Positions 9,984-19,956 of a stretch of DNA of 64,000 bases are shown here, one piece after another. The stretch's first letter is position 1. Each line of letters starts with the position of its first letter. The position numbers were made by a program, and so were the translations under genes. This stretch comes from a virus, in IMG/VR virus record IMGVR_UViG_3300022562_000333, positions 19,251 through 83,250 of that record. The stretch is one strand, 5' to 3'. Under the pieces are notes generated by a model that ran no database searches, was not told where the DNA came from, and saw only the letters and a program-made list of their open reading frames with translations.

Positions 9984-11463
9984 TGGAACCTCTGTCATCG
10001 TCTTCGTGCCGGAAGACATCTTGAATGTCGTTGCGGTAGTTGTGCGTGGTCCAGTCGTACTTGACGTACGGAGGGTCTTGGTGTTCGAGACTCTGCCCAA
10101 CGTCCATCAAATCTCGGTCGTAGTTGTAGAGGGGTGGCACTTGGTCGCCCGGCACCCTCGACGACCCGTCATCCGGCAACATACGCCAATCATGAACGTG
10201 CTCCCCTTGGTGGGTCACGTTGAATTGGTTGCCCTTGTTACCCTCGAAGTAGTCCGACCTAGCGACTGGATCCGGGCCGTCAAACGGGAGCTTGGATTCT
10301 GCTTGAGGCCCGCACCCACAACCCGCCCAAACGTTACGCTCGACGCCGTCCAGATACGGACCGGCCCCCTCTTCCGTATCTCGGGTGGGGGCGCCGGGAT
10401 CGTTCGGGAGGTCGCTGGAGGGGCCGTAAACGCCTCGGCCGTCTGGCGACTTGGTGCCGTAACCCTCGGTGCCTCGTCCTTTGGCTCCGTAACCGATGCC
10501 GAAGTCCCGCCCTTCCGTCTCCGTGGGGTCGCTGGTCGCGTCAGGGATCGCTGACTCCCCCCATGCTTCAAGACCAGTCTTGTCGAGCAAGTTGTTGGAG
10601 AAGTCCGATTCGTAGTCGTACTCGTCGTCTACCCCTTCGCTGAGACCCCACGCATCTTCCGTGAGAGGCTCATCCCGGTTGTATGACCCGTACGGCCCCG
10701 TTTGCTCTCCTCGGTCGAGGTGGTCTACCCGAGGGCCTGGGAGGGTGGCTGGGGAAACAGAGCTGTTCGCCTGCTTCTGCATGGCGTTCTTCACATGCTG
10801 CTTGAAAGACTCCCCTTGAGGGATAGCTTCGTTGCCGGCATCCCCACCGCCAGGCAGCTCAGAGCTTTTGTCCTTCGTCTTGGTCTTCGACTTCGACTTG
10901 GGCTTGGGCTTGGTGTTCGGCGTACCCCCTGGGCCATCGTTCTTCTTCTCGATCTCTTGGACTTCCTTCTCCCCAAACGCCTCCGGGTCCTCAAGAACCT
11001 CCTCGGCCTCCTCCATGAACTCGGTCACGTCCTCGGCATCGTTCGCCCCAAGCTCAGCTAGGCTCGGTTGCCAGTGAGGGGCGTTGATCTCGTCGTGAAC
11101 CGTATCCGTAATCGAAGAGAGCAGCTCACAAGCCTGCTGGAGCTTGCTGCGGATGTCCTTGACCTTGGTGACGTAACCTCGACCACCAAGCATTCCGTCC
11201 GGTGAGATTCGGGCAGACTTGAGCCGGGTGAATTCCTTGTAGGCAGCGACCGCATGTCCGAGCGACACGCTGGACGAGAAGAGCATCCTCGCGAGCGGCT
11301 TCAGGGCCTTGGGGTCGAAGTCGTGGTTCTTGGGGATGTTCCGTTTCAGGCCATCCGATCCCCCGATAAAGGGCGGCGGCGGGGACGGGGAGTCGTCATC
11401 CTCGCTCTTGAAGAACCCGCCAGACTTGGCGATGATCAGCCGGACCTTTTGCTGGGTACTCAA
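9976..11463 (-). CDS. Acidic Gly/Pro-rich hypothetical protein, possibly head scaffold or internal
   Basis: TTG start after GAGGAGG RBS; D/E/G/P-rich. Confidence 0.65.
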   Translation of the reverse strand: MSTQQKVRLIIAKSGGFFKSEDDDSPSPPPPFIGGSDGLKRNIPKNHDFDPKALKPLARMLFSSSVSLGHAVAAYKEFTRLKSARISPDGMLGGRGYVTKVKDIRSKLQQACELLSSITDTVHDEINAPHWQPSLAELGANDAEDVTEFMEEAEEVLEDPEAFGEKEVQEIEKKNDGPGGTPNTKPKPKSKSKTKTKDKSSELPGGGDAGNEAIPQGESFKQHVKNAMQKQANSSVSPATLPGPRVDHLDRGEQTGPYGSYNRDEPLTEDAWGLSEGVDDEYDYESDFSNNLLDKTGLEAWGESAIPDATSDPTETEGRDFGIGYGAKGRGTEGYGTKSPDGRGVYGPSSDLPNDPGAPTRDTEEGAGPYLDGVERNVWAGCGCGPQAESKLPFDGPDPVARSDYFEGNKGNQFNVTHQGEHVHDWRMLPDDGSSRVPGDQVPPLYNYDRDLMDVGQSLEHQDPPYVKYDWTTHNYRNDIQDVFRHEDDDRGSNG

Positions 11464-11473
11464 GGGATCCTCC

Positions 11474-11746
11474 TCAGTACCGGAGAGGCTTTCCGTTGTC
11501 GTCGAACTGGCGCTCAATGACCATCGAGCCGTCCGCCTCACGCTTGATGGCCCACAAGTCCTTCTCGGCCTTGTGGATGAGCGTGTCGTTGCTCAACCTC
11601 GTGAACGAGGCGAGGTCTTGGATCGATGCCACCTTCCGACGCCCCGTTGGGGTGACCATTTGAGGCTCACGAGCGAAGAAGGCGTCCAGGCCGTGGGAGG
11701 CTTGGACCTGGAACATGGAGCCGATGTCGAAGTCCTTGTTACTCAT
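11474..11746 (-). CDS. Hypothetical protein
   Basis: 90 aa, GAGG RBS, in operon. Confidence 0.7.
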   Translation of the reverse strand: MSNKDFDIGSMFQVQASHGLDAFFAREPQMVTPTGRRKVASIQDLASFTRLSNDTLIHKAEKDLWAIKREADGSMVIERQFDDNGKPLRY

Positions 11747-11753
11747 CCTGACC

Positions 11754-12677
11754 TCACGTTACGACAAGGACAATCTCAACGTCCTGGTAGCTGTTGGAGC
11801 TGTAACCAGAAACGCGGAGCTTCTCCGAATAGGTCCCTTGCAACAGGTTGTCCGGGGGTACGACCGTGACCGTGATATCGGTCGACTCGCTAGAGAGAAG
11901 CGTGCCCGAAGACGGAAGGAAGCTCGTGAGCCAGTCGGAGAGCCCCGTGAGCTTCTGAACCTGGAAGTCCAGAACCGATCCTACCAACCCAGTGTTTTGG
12001 ACCGTGAAGGTTTGGGTCGGGATCGACGGGAAGGACCCGGACAACGGTTTGACAACACTGAAGTTGAGTACCGTTGGGTTCGTGTAGATGGTTGCCTTCG
12101 GCCGAACCGTGATGGTGACAGGAAACGTCTGCGGGTTGTTGGTCGCTGAGGGGTCTTGAATCGCGATGGTTTCGTTGTACGGGCTGCTGGTAGCAAGCAG
12201 ATCCGTCGCATCCACCTCGATTTGAAACTGACCGGACTCGTTCAGGGCGAGGTTCCCAACGTTCGCTGGGGTTACCCGAACATACGCCGCCGATGTGGTG
12301 AGGGTGACCCCTAGAAGCGAGCCGTAGACTCCGTCGTTGGTGATGAGAACCACCTCGGGCTCGGCAAAACCACGTCCTTCGTCGACCGTGAAGTTGAGCA
12401 ACGTCGGAGGTCCGAGCAGGATGTTCGGAGCGAAGTTGGACTTCAACTCGTCGATCGACTCGGCCATCGCCGAGACAACCTCGCCGGGGATGGGGATGGA
12501 GTCCCTCAGTAACCCGTACGGTGACTTGATGTCCCGAACCGAGTAGAGGGGGTTCGATTGCGACACGTCCAACCGAGTCGTCCACTCCCACTTACCAGCG
12601 GCCGTGGCAAACTCGAACTTGTGGTCGTGTGCCCGAAGGTTCGAGACAAGCGGCATGCGGTTCCTCTTGAACCGCAC
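11754..12677 (-). CDS. Ig-like (BACON-like) domain protein, probably virion
   Basis: Two beta-rich units with VRVTPA / WLTSFLPSSGTL and terminal V-x-I-x-V strands. Confidence 0.6.
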   Translation of the reverse strand: MRFKRNRMPLVSNLRAHDHKFEFATAAGKWEWTTRLDVSQSNPLYSVRDIKSPYGLLRDSIPIPGEVVSAMAESIDELKSNFAPNILLGPPTLLNFTVDEGRGFAEPEVVLITNDGVYGSLLGVTLTTSAAYVRVTPANVGNLALNESGQFQIEVDATDLLATSSPYNETIAIQDPSATNNPQTFPVTITVRPKATIYTNPTVLNFSVVKPLSGSFPSIPTQTFTVQNTGLVGSVLDFQVQKLTGLSDWLTSFLPSSGTLLSSESTDITVTVVPPDNLLQGTYSEKLRVSGYSSNSYQDVEIVLVVT

Positions 12678-12703
12678 GCCATAAGAAGAAACGGGCTCTT
12701 AGC

Positions 12704-13339
12704 TTAGAAGCACCCGTCCCCACCCCTGTTCGACCACTGGGGCAATTTGACCTCGCGCAAGATGTTGAATTTCTTGGACGCGATCGAAGAGAAGACCTTG
12801 CTGTACCGAGAGAACCGAGAATCCTCCCCAGCTCGTTTCTCCAGCGTGGTCACGGCGCCAAAGAAGCGGTGCCGAACTCTGCCCTGCGTAAGACCGAGCC
12901 GACTAGCGACTTCTGACTGACACGTGGTCTGCCACATGCCGACCAAGATGTTCACGTCGATGGGTTTGAACGGTACGTCGGGGAGGTCGCGGCGCATCTC
13001 CTCCTCGCTGACTTGGGGGATAGACAGGAGGAATCGAATTCGCTGGAGTCCTCGGTCGAGTCGGTAGCTGATAGCCGCCTGCGTCACCCCGAAGATTTCG
13101 GCGATGTCCGCCTGACGCTTCTTTTGGATGTAGTACAGGTCAATCAAGTCCGCTTCGCGTTCCGGAATCCGGTCGAGTAGCGGCTTGATCTCGTTCTCGA
13201 AGCTGAGCGTTGAGAGCAAGGGCTGGGCGTCGTCACCCTCTTCCTCCTCTTCCAACTCGTCGAATAAGGGCTCATCGGGGGCTGCGAATCGGTTGGCAAG
13301 TTCTGCCGGATCGACCGAAAAGACGTAGCCACCGCTCAT
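12704..13339 (-). CDS. Sigma70 region-4-like regulator with two HTH motifs
   Basis: IPEREADLIDLYY..RQADIAEIFGVTQAAISYRL and QSEVASRLGLTQGRV. Confidence 0.75.
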   Translation of the reverse strand: MSGGYVFSVDPAELANRFAAPDEPLFDELEEEEEGDDAQPLLSTLSFENEIKPLLDRIPEREADLIDLYYIQKKRQADIAEIFGVTQAAISYRLDRGLQRIRFLLSIPQVSEEEMRRDLPDVPFKPIDVNILVGMWQTTCQSEVASRLGLTQGRVRHRFFGAVTTLEKRAGEDSRFSRYSKVFSSIASKKFNILREVKLPQWSNRGGDGCF

Positions 13340-13356
13340 GATGCCCTCTCCTCCCG

Positions 13357-15378
13357 TCAGCTCTCGAAATTGAACTGCCCTTGTTGCTGCTTCACGAAAC
13401 CAACTGAAGTTTGGAAGAACGGGTCCACGATCGGGTCAGCCTGGATGTTGAGACCCCCTATGGTCTCGGAGGCTGTCTTCGCATCGGGGGTTGGCGGGAT
13501 CTCCTCGAACGGAAGGTCCGTGAGGAGCGTCATGAGTTTCAAATTGAGACGAACTTGGTCCCCCGCTGAACGGATCTTGGCATACTGTTTCGGGGTGGTT
13601 CCCGACAGGTTCGATGCCAACATGTCTTCAACAGTGCCGTAGTTCTTCAAGAGCCCCGTGAGGATTTTGTCGGACACCATAGGGATGCCCGGTATCTCGT
13701 CCGAAGTGTCACCCAGCAACGCCCGAAGCTGGACCAAAGATTCAGGCGTGACCCCATATTCTTCCACGACTTTATCCCGGTCGTAAAGGGTCTCTTGTCG
13801 ATTTCCGACCTTGGGTGCTAGCACAATATCGGTAAGTGTCACCAGTTGTAGGAAGTCTTGGTCCGTGGAGACGATAACGTTGCGTTGTCCTTTGAGTTTT
13901 CCCCTGACCAGACACGCAATGATGTCGTCGGTCTCTTCGTCCTTGTTGAACGCCTGAGTGACCCCCAGTGTCGGAAGGATGTTCCTGAGTCGGGTCATTT
14001 GGTTATCAGGTGTCGTTGCGCCGTTGGATGCCCGCTTTTGGCGACGCTTCAATTTGTAACCTGGGAACATTTCAATGCGGCGTTGGGGTGATCCATCCCA
14101 AACCACGTAGACCTTCGCGTTTGGGAACCGCTTCTTGTAGCTGGTAAGGCTTTTGAGGAACCCGAAGACCATCCCGGTTGGGTTGCCATCGGAGTCCGTG
14201 AGGGGGGTCTTCATCACACCCAGAGCGTTGGCGACTCGGTAGGCGAGGTTGTGCCCGTCGATGATGATGTTCTCGAACATGTCCGGTCTCCTCCACGTGA
14301 GCGCTTCGATGTTGTCCAGGTCCCTAGCGATGGAGTCAAGTCGCCGCACAACGTCTTGAAGCCATTGGGTCTCGCGTTGCTTCGTCTTTACCCGCTCGTT
14401 GAACCCGTTTAGAATTTGCGTTTCAGACTGGCTCACCACGGGGTCCGTAGACACGGAGTAGAAGAAGCCGGGGTTCTTTTGTATGATCGAGGTCATGTGC
14501 TTCACGCGCTCATGACGTGTCTTGATCCCAAGGAAGACCAGGCTCCGATCCTGGCGAAGCCACCCGTTTACGAGACTAAACTCCTCGTGTTTGCGGAGCA
14601 GGGGCGCTAGGTCAGCGTCAGGGGTTTGACGTACACGCTCAATGAGCCGCATCTGCTCTAGGAGGGGGTCTCGGCGGTGCCACCACCGCATCGCCAGCTC
14701 AACGTTCGCGTACCTCTTGATGGCGTGTTCCAAGGGTTGAATGCTGAGCGGATCCCAGACCAAAAGGGGTCGCACGGCCCGAACCCAATCGCGGATCCTC
14801 TCGATTTTGGTGAGGAACGGAGAGAAGGTCGGGAGATCCGACTGATCCTTGGAAACGAACCGAAGGAAGCTCCTCGGGAGGGTGACGATGGCCTCTTTCG
14901 ACCTGAGCTTGATGAATACTTGAACGCTGTCGTTCTCCGGGATCTCCTCGATGATACGGCCGTTGATGCCCTTGTAGGCGCCGCTCATCACCTGGACTTC
15001 GTCCCCGACTTCGATCCCTTGCTCCGTCTCGACGTGGATCTGCTTTCGCATCCGCTCGATATCGGAGTCTTGGACGCAGGCCATCTCCCGCACCGTCGTC
15101 TTCTTGTCGGAGCGGGCGATCGTCAAGACAGAGGAGATGTACTTCGTGCCTTCCAGACGGAGGAAGGCGTTGTCTGGTAGTGTTCTACGGATGAACACAT
15201 AGTTGTCGATCAGCTTGTGGATGACTCGACTGTCCCCTTGAATCGAAATTGAAGCCGGGATGAAAATCTCGACCGCCTTGTCTCGAATCAGACGCACAAG
15301 GGCTGAGGAGAGGACTTCGGGGTCCTCATCCTCCCCTTGAGGGGACAACTCTAGGACCACCCACTCACGCTTCGCCAC
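13357..15378 (-). CDS. NusG-like (NGN+KOW) protein fused in frame to a 5'-3' exonuclease/FEN
   Basis: LIDNYVFI and GDEVQVMSGAYKGINGRI (NusG); IIDGHNLAYR, ETDDIIA, STDQDF, LLGDTSDEIPGI (FEN); internal RBS and ATG at 14280. Confidence 0.85.
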   Translation of the reverse strand: MAKREWVVLELSPQGEDEDPEVLSSALVRLIRDKAVEIFIPASISIQGDSRVIHKLIDNYVFIRRTLPDNAFLRLEGTKYISSVLTIARSDKKTTVREMACVQDSDIERMRKQIHVETEQGIEVGDEVQVMSGAYKGINGRIIEEIPENDSVQVFIKLRSKEAIVTLPRSFLRFVSKDQSDLPTFSPFLTKIERIRDWVRAVRPLLVWDPLSIQPLEHAIKRYANVELAMRWWHRRDPLLEQMRLIERVRQTPDADLAPLLRKHEEFSLVNGWLRQDRSLVFLGIKTRHERVKHMTSIIQKNPGFFYSVSTDPVVSQSETQILNGFNERVKTKQRETQWLQDVVRRLDSIARDLDNIEALTWRRPDMFENIIIDGHNLAYRVANALGVMKTPLTDSDGNPTGMVFGFLKSLTSYKKRFPNAKVYVVWDGSPQRRIEMFPGYKLKRRQKRASNGATTPDNQMTRLRNILPTLGVTQAFNKDEETDDIIACLVRGKLKGQRNVIVSTDQDFLQLVTLTDIVLAPKVGNRQETLYDRDKVVEEYGVTPESLVQLRALLGDTSDEIPGIPMVSDKILTGLLKNYGTVEDMLASNLSGTTPKQYAKIRSAGDQVRLNLKLMTLLTDLPFEEIPPTPDAKTASETIGGLNIQADPIVDPFFQTSVGFVKQQQGQFNFES

Positions 15379-16891
15379 GAACAGACGCCCCTTTTAGCAA
15401 AGACGAGCGAAGCTCTTTGAAGATCCGACGCCAAACGCTAGGTGTTACCGGGTTACGACCATCGCGAAGACGGTTGGCGTCAAATACAAGGGGTTGCTTG
15501 GTGTGCTTGTTTGCAGGCAGGTTGGCCGGCATAACCTGCGTATCGAACTCACTCAAAGCACAGGGATCCTCCCCCATGTTCCCCAGCTTGGGCTGGGCCA
15601 CATACTTAGGGGGCGGCGCAGACGGAACCGCCTGGACGGGCGGTAGGGCTACCTGAACGGGGGCGGGAGGCGGGGCTGCCTGGACGGGGGGTGAGGCTGC
15701 CGGGGGGGCCGGAGACGGGGCTGCCTGGACGGGGGGTGGGGACTCAACCGGGGCTGCCTGGACGGGAGGTGGGGCTGCCTGGACGGGCGCTACCGCTACG
15801 GGCTGAAAGACCTGTTGAGGTTGCGTCTGCATCGCAGGGTCGAGAATCACCCCAGCGGCGAGCTGCTTGGCGAGCGTCACGACATCACAGATCAGACCGA
15901 TCTTCGTGACGTACCGTGAGTGCATGAAGTGCTTGGTGATCTTGATGAGCTGGTCCCCGTAGAGCTGGTACGCCTTTTGGCTCAGCTCCTTGTCAGCGAA
16001 GGTGAAGTCCGCCGTCATGCCGTTCGCCAAGCGGAACGAGGTCATGGCCGCTTCTGCGATACCCGAAGCAACCTCTTCAGGGGTGACCCGCTCACAAGCC
16101 TGGTCGATGAAGTCCAGGGCTTCTTTGGTGGCGCTCGGGATGCGAAGCAGGATCTCGTAGAAGAGGGAGATGGCGGAGAGGTTGAGGTGGTCGCGGACAC
16201 TCTCCACCGTGACCGGCCCCATTTGAGCCACCATCTCCAGCTTGTTCAAGGTGTCGCGAACACCCCCGCCGCAGAAGTCGATGACCGTGAGGACCCCTTC
16301 GTCTTGGTGCTCCACGTTCTCTTGTGCGAGCACCATTTTCATCCGAGCGAGGATGTCGTCTCGGGTGACCTTACGGATCGCGTGCTCCTCGCACCGGGAC
16401 CGGATCGCCCCACGAACCTTCTCCGGCTCCGTCGTACAAAACATCCCGACGAGCTTTTTCTCTTCCAGGGGCTTGAGCAGGACGTCCTGTGCGTCCTTCG
16501 ACATCCGGTGGCACTCGTCGATGACGTAAACCCTCTTCTTTGCCCCGAAGACGGCAAAGGGGAGGTCATCCACGACCTTCCTGACGTACTCGATGGTCCC
16601 TCGACTAGCGGCGTCAAATTCGACGATAGCGCCCGCTGCATCGCTCAACGAAGCCTTGCAGTTGTCGCACTCGTTGCAAGGTTCAGGGTCACTTGGGTCG
16701 AGCTGTTGGCAGATCACAGCCCTGGCGAGGATTCTCGCAAGGGTGGTCTTACCCTGTCCTGGTCCACCCCAAAACAGGTAGTTCGTGTCCAAGGCGGTGC
16801 CGTTCTTGAGCCTCGATTTGAGGATCTGAACGGCACCTTCTTGCCCGAGGACGTCAGCGAACTTGAGCGGCCTGTACTTCGTATCCCACAC
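15365..16891 (-). CDS. dnaX: DNA polymerase III gamma/tau clamp-loader subunit
   Basis: KYRPLKFADVLGQ, GGPGQGKTT, PCNECDNC, VIDECH, IRSRC. Confidence 0.92.
   Translation of the reverse strand: MWDTKYRPLKFADVLGQEGAVQILKSRLKNGTALDTNYLFWGGPGQGKTTLARILARAVICQQLDPSDPEPCNECDNCKASLSDAAGAIVEFDAASRGTIEYVRKVVDDLPFAVFGAKKRVYVIDECHRMSKDAQDVLLKPLEEKKLVGMFCTTEPEKVRGAIRSRCEEHAIRKVTRDDILARMKMVLAQENVEHQDEGVLTVIDFCGGGVRDTLNKLEMVAQMGPVTVESVRDHLNLSAISLFYEILLRIPSATKEALDFIDQACERVTPEEVASGIAEAAMTSFRLANGMTADFTFADKELSQKAYQLYGDQLIKITKHFMHSRYVTKIGLICDVVTLAKQLAAGVILDPAMQTQPQQVFQPVAVAPVQAAPPPVQAAPVESPPPVQAAPSPAPPAASPPVQAAPPPAPVQVALPPVQAVPSAPPPKYVAQPKLGNMGEDPCALSEFDTQVMPANLPANKHTKQPLVFDANRLRDGRNPVTPSVWRRIFKELRSSLLKGASVRGEA
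15625..15800 (-). repeat. Imperfect tandem repeats encoding the PPVQAAP linker
   Basis: Recurrent gctgcctggacggg units in dnaX. Confidence 0.7.
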
Positions 16892-16904
16892 GATGAAACC
16901 TCAC

Positions 16905-17396
16905 TCAGTGAGCGGCGGCTCCAGTCGTTTGGGTCTGTTGAGCATCTACCCCAGCCGTCATGTAGCTGAGGTCCAGGGTGTTCGCGACCGAGACGAAGTT
17001 GACGAGGTCGTCGTTCCAGGCTCCGTGCCTACGGAGGATGGTCGAGAACTCCTGTACGTCGGGCTCCCGGAGCTTCCACTTCATGTCCCCCGTCTCCTCG
17101 TCCTCTTCCCCGAAGCAGCGCTCCAAGAGATGATCGACGAGAGCCGTCCGCTTGGGTCCGTCGAGGGGGTTCCAGGCATCCAAGGCGACTTCGATGAGGT
17201 AGTCTGATTCGATGAGGAAGATCATGAGGTCGCTGCACTTCTTGACCGTGCCGTAGACGACCTTGCCACCCTTCTTGCCAGCCTTCTCCTTGAAGACGTA
17301 GCGGAACCGAGCTGTCGCCAATTCCGGGTGGTGCGCAGGGATGAGCTGGCTTGCGATAGACTCCACTCCCTCGGCGTTTTCGTACGTCTGACCCAT
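16905..17396 (-). CDS. Putative phage metallopeptidase-like protein (degenerate motif)
   Basis: WNPLDGPKRTALVDHLLERC..PDVQEFSTILRRHGAW; DHLLE where HExxH is expected. Confidence 0.6.
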   Translation of the reverse strand: MGQTYENAEGVESIASQLIPAHHPELATARFRYVFKEKAGKKGGKVVYGTVKKCSDLMIFLIESDYLIEVALDAWNPLDGPKRTALVDHLLERCFGEEDEETGDMKWKLREPDVQEFSTILRRHGAWNDDLVNFVSVANTLDLSYMTAGVDAQQTQTTGAAAH

Positions 17397-17398
17397 GT

Positions 17399-18097
17399 TC
17401 ACTCCATTTGCGCTAGAAGATACGGCTTGAATCGGTCGTCGCCCCACGCTTCCCAGAGGTCACCGGGGTCTTTGACTGGTTTGCCTCGCAGGGTGAGCCC
17501 TACGGGGTACTCGGGAATACGAACCTCAAATAAGTCCCCGCATTCTTTGCGGAATGTGGCGCACGCTTTACGGCCGATCGCATCATTATCATAAAAGAGG
17601 TAGGTGCGCTTTACAAGACGCTTGAAGGTGCGGAGGAGTACATCACTGACCTTGGCGGTCAAGGTGGCAATCGTGAAAGGTACAACGCGCTGCGTTGGAA
17701 AGAAGTCGAAGACCCCTTCCACTGGGAGAGCTGACTCGGTCTCCCAAATTGAAGGCATGGCTTGACCTAGCCCGAAAAAGACTGGCTCTGCGTGCGTGAG
17801 GAGGTAGTCCGAGTAGATCCCACCTTCCCGCTCCACACCCCTGAATTGAAACCCCTGAATCTCACCAAGAGGGTTGGTGAGCGGGAAGACGTAGCAGTCT
17901 TGGAGCTTGCGACCCTTCCAGCACCACTCCAAAAACTCCTCGGGGTACTCGGCCTCCGGGAGCTTCCTGTCTAGGTAACCTACCCGAAGGAGATCGATCT
18001 GCTCGTCTGAGGCGCCACGGGACCAGAGGGCTTCACGGACGCGTTCGTCCACCCCCTTTTGCGCGTACTCTACGAGCGTCTCAACCCAGGCTGTCAT
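17399..18097 (-). CDS. DNA primase catalytic/Toprim subunit lacking the zinc-binding domain
   Basis: YVFPLTNPLGEIQGFQFR, VEGVFD, YDNDAIG, KDPGDL. Confidence 0.85.
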   Translation of the reverse strand: MTAWVETLVEYAQKGVDERVREALWSRGASDEQIDLLRVGYLDRKLPEAEYPEEFLEWCWKGRKLQDCYVFPLTNPLGEIQGFQFRGVEREGGIYSDYLLTHAEPVFFGLGQAMPSIWETESALPVEGVFDFFPTQRVVPFTIATLTAKVSDVLLRTFKRLVKRTYLFYDNDAIGRKACATFRKECGDLFEVRIPEYPVGLTLRGKPVKDPGDLWEAWGDDRFKPYLLAQME

Positions 18098-18650
18098 TCG
18101 GTCGCACCACCATCAACGTCCGGGGGACGTTGTAGAACTGGAGACCGAGATAGTCCCCGACCCTGGTATAGACACCGAGGGCTGGAGGACTGGCAGCAAC
18201 TAGAGCACATCCTTGAGGAAGTGGGCCTACAACCACCTGTAGACCTTGGATCGAAACGGACTCCCCTTCCGAAAGCTCGTGGTCCGATGGGACCACGATG
18301 GTCTTCGGGGGGGTGTTCGACTTGTTCATGGCGGCTAGGGCTTCTGGGATCCCCCCAAATACATTGGCCCACCCGGAAGTGGTGGCGAGCTGTAGAACGG
18401 TGCTGTAGAGCCGCTCCAACACGTCGTTCTCATGGGACGGAGGGCACATAAAGAAGGCGTACCGAGCGTTCCCCGCCGCCCCACGCTTGCTAGGCAAAAA
18501 GAGGCCACGCATGTTCGTGACCAAGAGAGTTTCGACGTTTTCCGGGACTTGCCGCTCCTCCATAGCCGGAACAGAGAAACCCCCGGCGCTCGCTGCGCGT
18601 TGGCGGAGCCGCTCCGTCACGAGCAAGTGGGAAAGAGCGGAAAAGTTCAA
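18081..18650 (-). CDS. Hypothetical protein
   Basis: 189 aa, overlaps both neighbours in operon. Confidence 0.65.
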   Translation of the reverse strand: MNFSALSHLLVTERLRQRAASAGGFSVPAMEERQVPENVETLLVTNMRGLFLPSKRGAAGNARYAFFMCPPSHENDVLERLYSTVLQLATTSGWANVFGGIPEALAAMNKSNTPPKTIVVPSDHELSEGESVSIQGLQVVVGPLPQGCALVAASPPALGVYTRVGDYLGLQFYNVPRTLMVVRPNDSLG

Positions 18651-19267
18651 CTCCGGAGCCTCTTAGGCTCCGCTCCGAGAAGGCGGAGGAGCCAAGCCTT
18701 CCACCACGGCACAACGGTTTCCACGGGAGCTTCGGGGATCGTAGCCTCAGCGGCTTCCACGGGAACAGGGGGAGCCTCGGCTTCCCCTACCAGCTCGTCG
18801 ATCTTCTCCTGAGTCTCAACGATCTGAGGTTGTTCCTTCGCTTCAGTTTCTTCCAAGAGCCACATGAGGGCGAAGACCTCGGGTAGATGCTCCCGAGCCC
18901 ACGCCTCGTCCCGGAGCTGCTCGCGAAACTCTTTGAGCAGGTCCGCCTTGAGCTTCGCAGGCTTGAAGTCCGGACACCTTTTCGCGTCAATCGGGTCCTC
19001 GCAAATGGTACCACCCCAGGTCTCGGGGTCGTCCGAGCCGAGCATGCAAAGACCGATGGTCTGGATGACGGGGAGCCCTCGTCCGTTCGCGATACGGTTG
19101 TAGCCTTCGTTGGGCTCCCCATCCACTTGCTTGCGTTGGTCGAGCGGATGACGGTGGTTGTGAACGCAGCGATGCGGAAGCCTCTCCGAAGCCTCCGCAA
19201 TCCGCTTGTTCACCTCTTCCGCTAGGAGCTGGTTGAGGCGAACCCGAACTTCGGGCTCGCCTCTCAC
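18647..19267 (-). CDS. Hypothetical protein with Cys/His residues
   Basis: 206 aa, 4-nt overlaps with neighbours. Confidence 0.65.
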   Translation of the reverse strand: MRGEPEVRVRLNQLLAEEVNKRIAEASERLPHRCVHNHRHPLDQRKQVDGEPNEGYNRIANGRGLPVIQTIGLCMLGSDDPETWGGTICEDPIDAKRCPDFKPAKLKADLLKEFREQLRDEAWAREHLPEVFALMWLLEETEAKEQPQIVETQEKIDELVGEAEAPPVPVEAAEATIPEAPVETVVPWWKAWLLRLLGAEPKRLRS

Positions 19268-19956
19268 GATACGCTCCGCAGCTTTTTCACCACGAACTCC
19301 TGCCTTACACCTTGGGTCTTCGAGTCCCCGTGGTACGAGAGAGTCGCGTGGTCAATGAAAGCGGGCTTGTGGGTTACCATGAGCAGAGACAGATCACTCG
19401 TGGCCGCTAGTTTTTGGAGAAACTGTCCCGTCGCCTCGATGTAGTCATCGGAGACAGCCGCGAGAGTCTCATCAAGCAACAACGTGCGCTGCCGTTTCAG
19501 CCGGAGGAGGGTGAGGATCCGAAGAATGAGGCTGGCGATGCTTGACGGACCACCCCCGAACGAGTCGAGAGGGGAGCCTTTGATTCCACCGTTGTCCGGG
19601 TCGCCTTGGCAGATGTAGAACTCGACCGCGATCTTGTTGTACTTCTGCGACACTTCGGCCCGGAAGCTGAGGTCTTGGTCGAAGAAGATCGTACGAAGGC
19701 CCTCGGACACGATGGTCTCGATGGTGCGCACCTGACCCATGACCATCTGGTCCATGAGGACCCGGTATAGTTCCGCGACTTTGGTGAGGACTTCTTGGCG
19801 ACGGGCTAGCTCCGCGATCTCCACCTCTTTAGAGACCAACTCCCGAGAGAGTTGATCTCGCATCGTCTTGAGGCGAATCGCGGAGGTCTGTAGATGCCTG
19901 ACCCGTTGCGCCCAGCCGTCTACTCCTTCGACGGCATGAAGCGGGTCACTCGGCAT
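19264..19956 (-). CDS. SbcC/Rad50-like ATPase, C-terminal half
   Basis: Coiled coil, signature SFGGG, Walker B LLLDE, VTH switch. Confidence 0.8.
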   Translation of the reverse strand: MPSDPLHAVEGVDGWAQRVRHLQTSAIRLKTMRDQLSRELVSKEVEIAELARRQEVLTKVAELYRVLMDQMVMGQVRTIETIVSEGLRTIFFDQDLSFRAEVSQKYNKIAVEFYICQGDPDNGGIKGSPLDSFGGGPSSIASLILRILTLLRLKRQRTLLLDETLAAVSDDYIEATGQFLQKLAATSDLSLLMVTHKPAFIDHATLSYHGDSKTQGVRQEFVVKKLRSVS

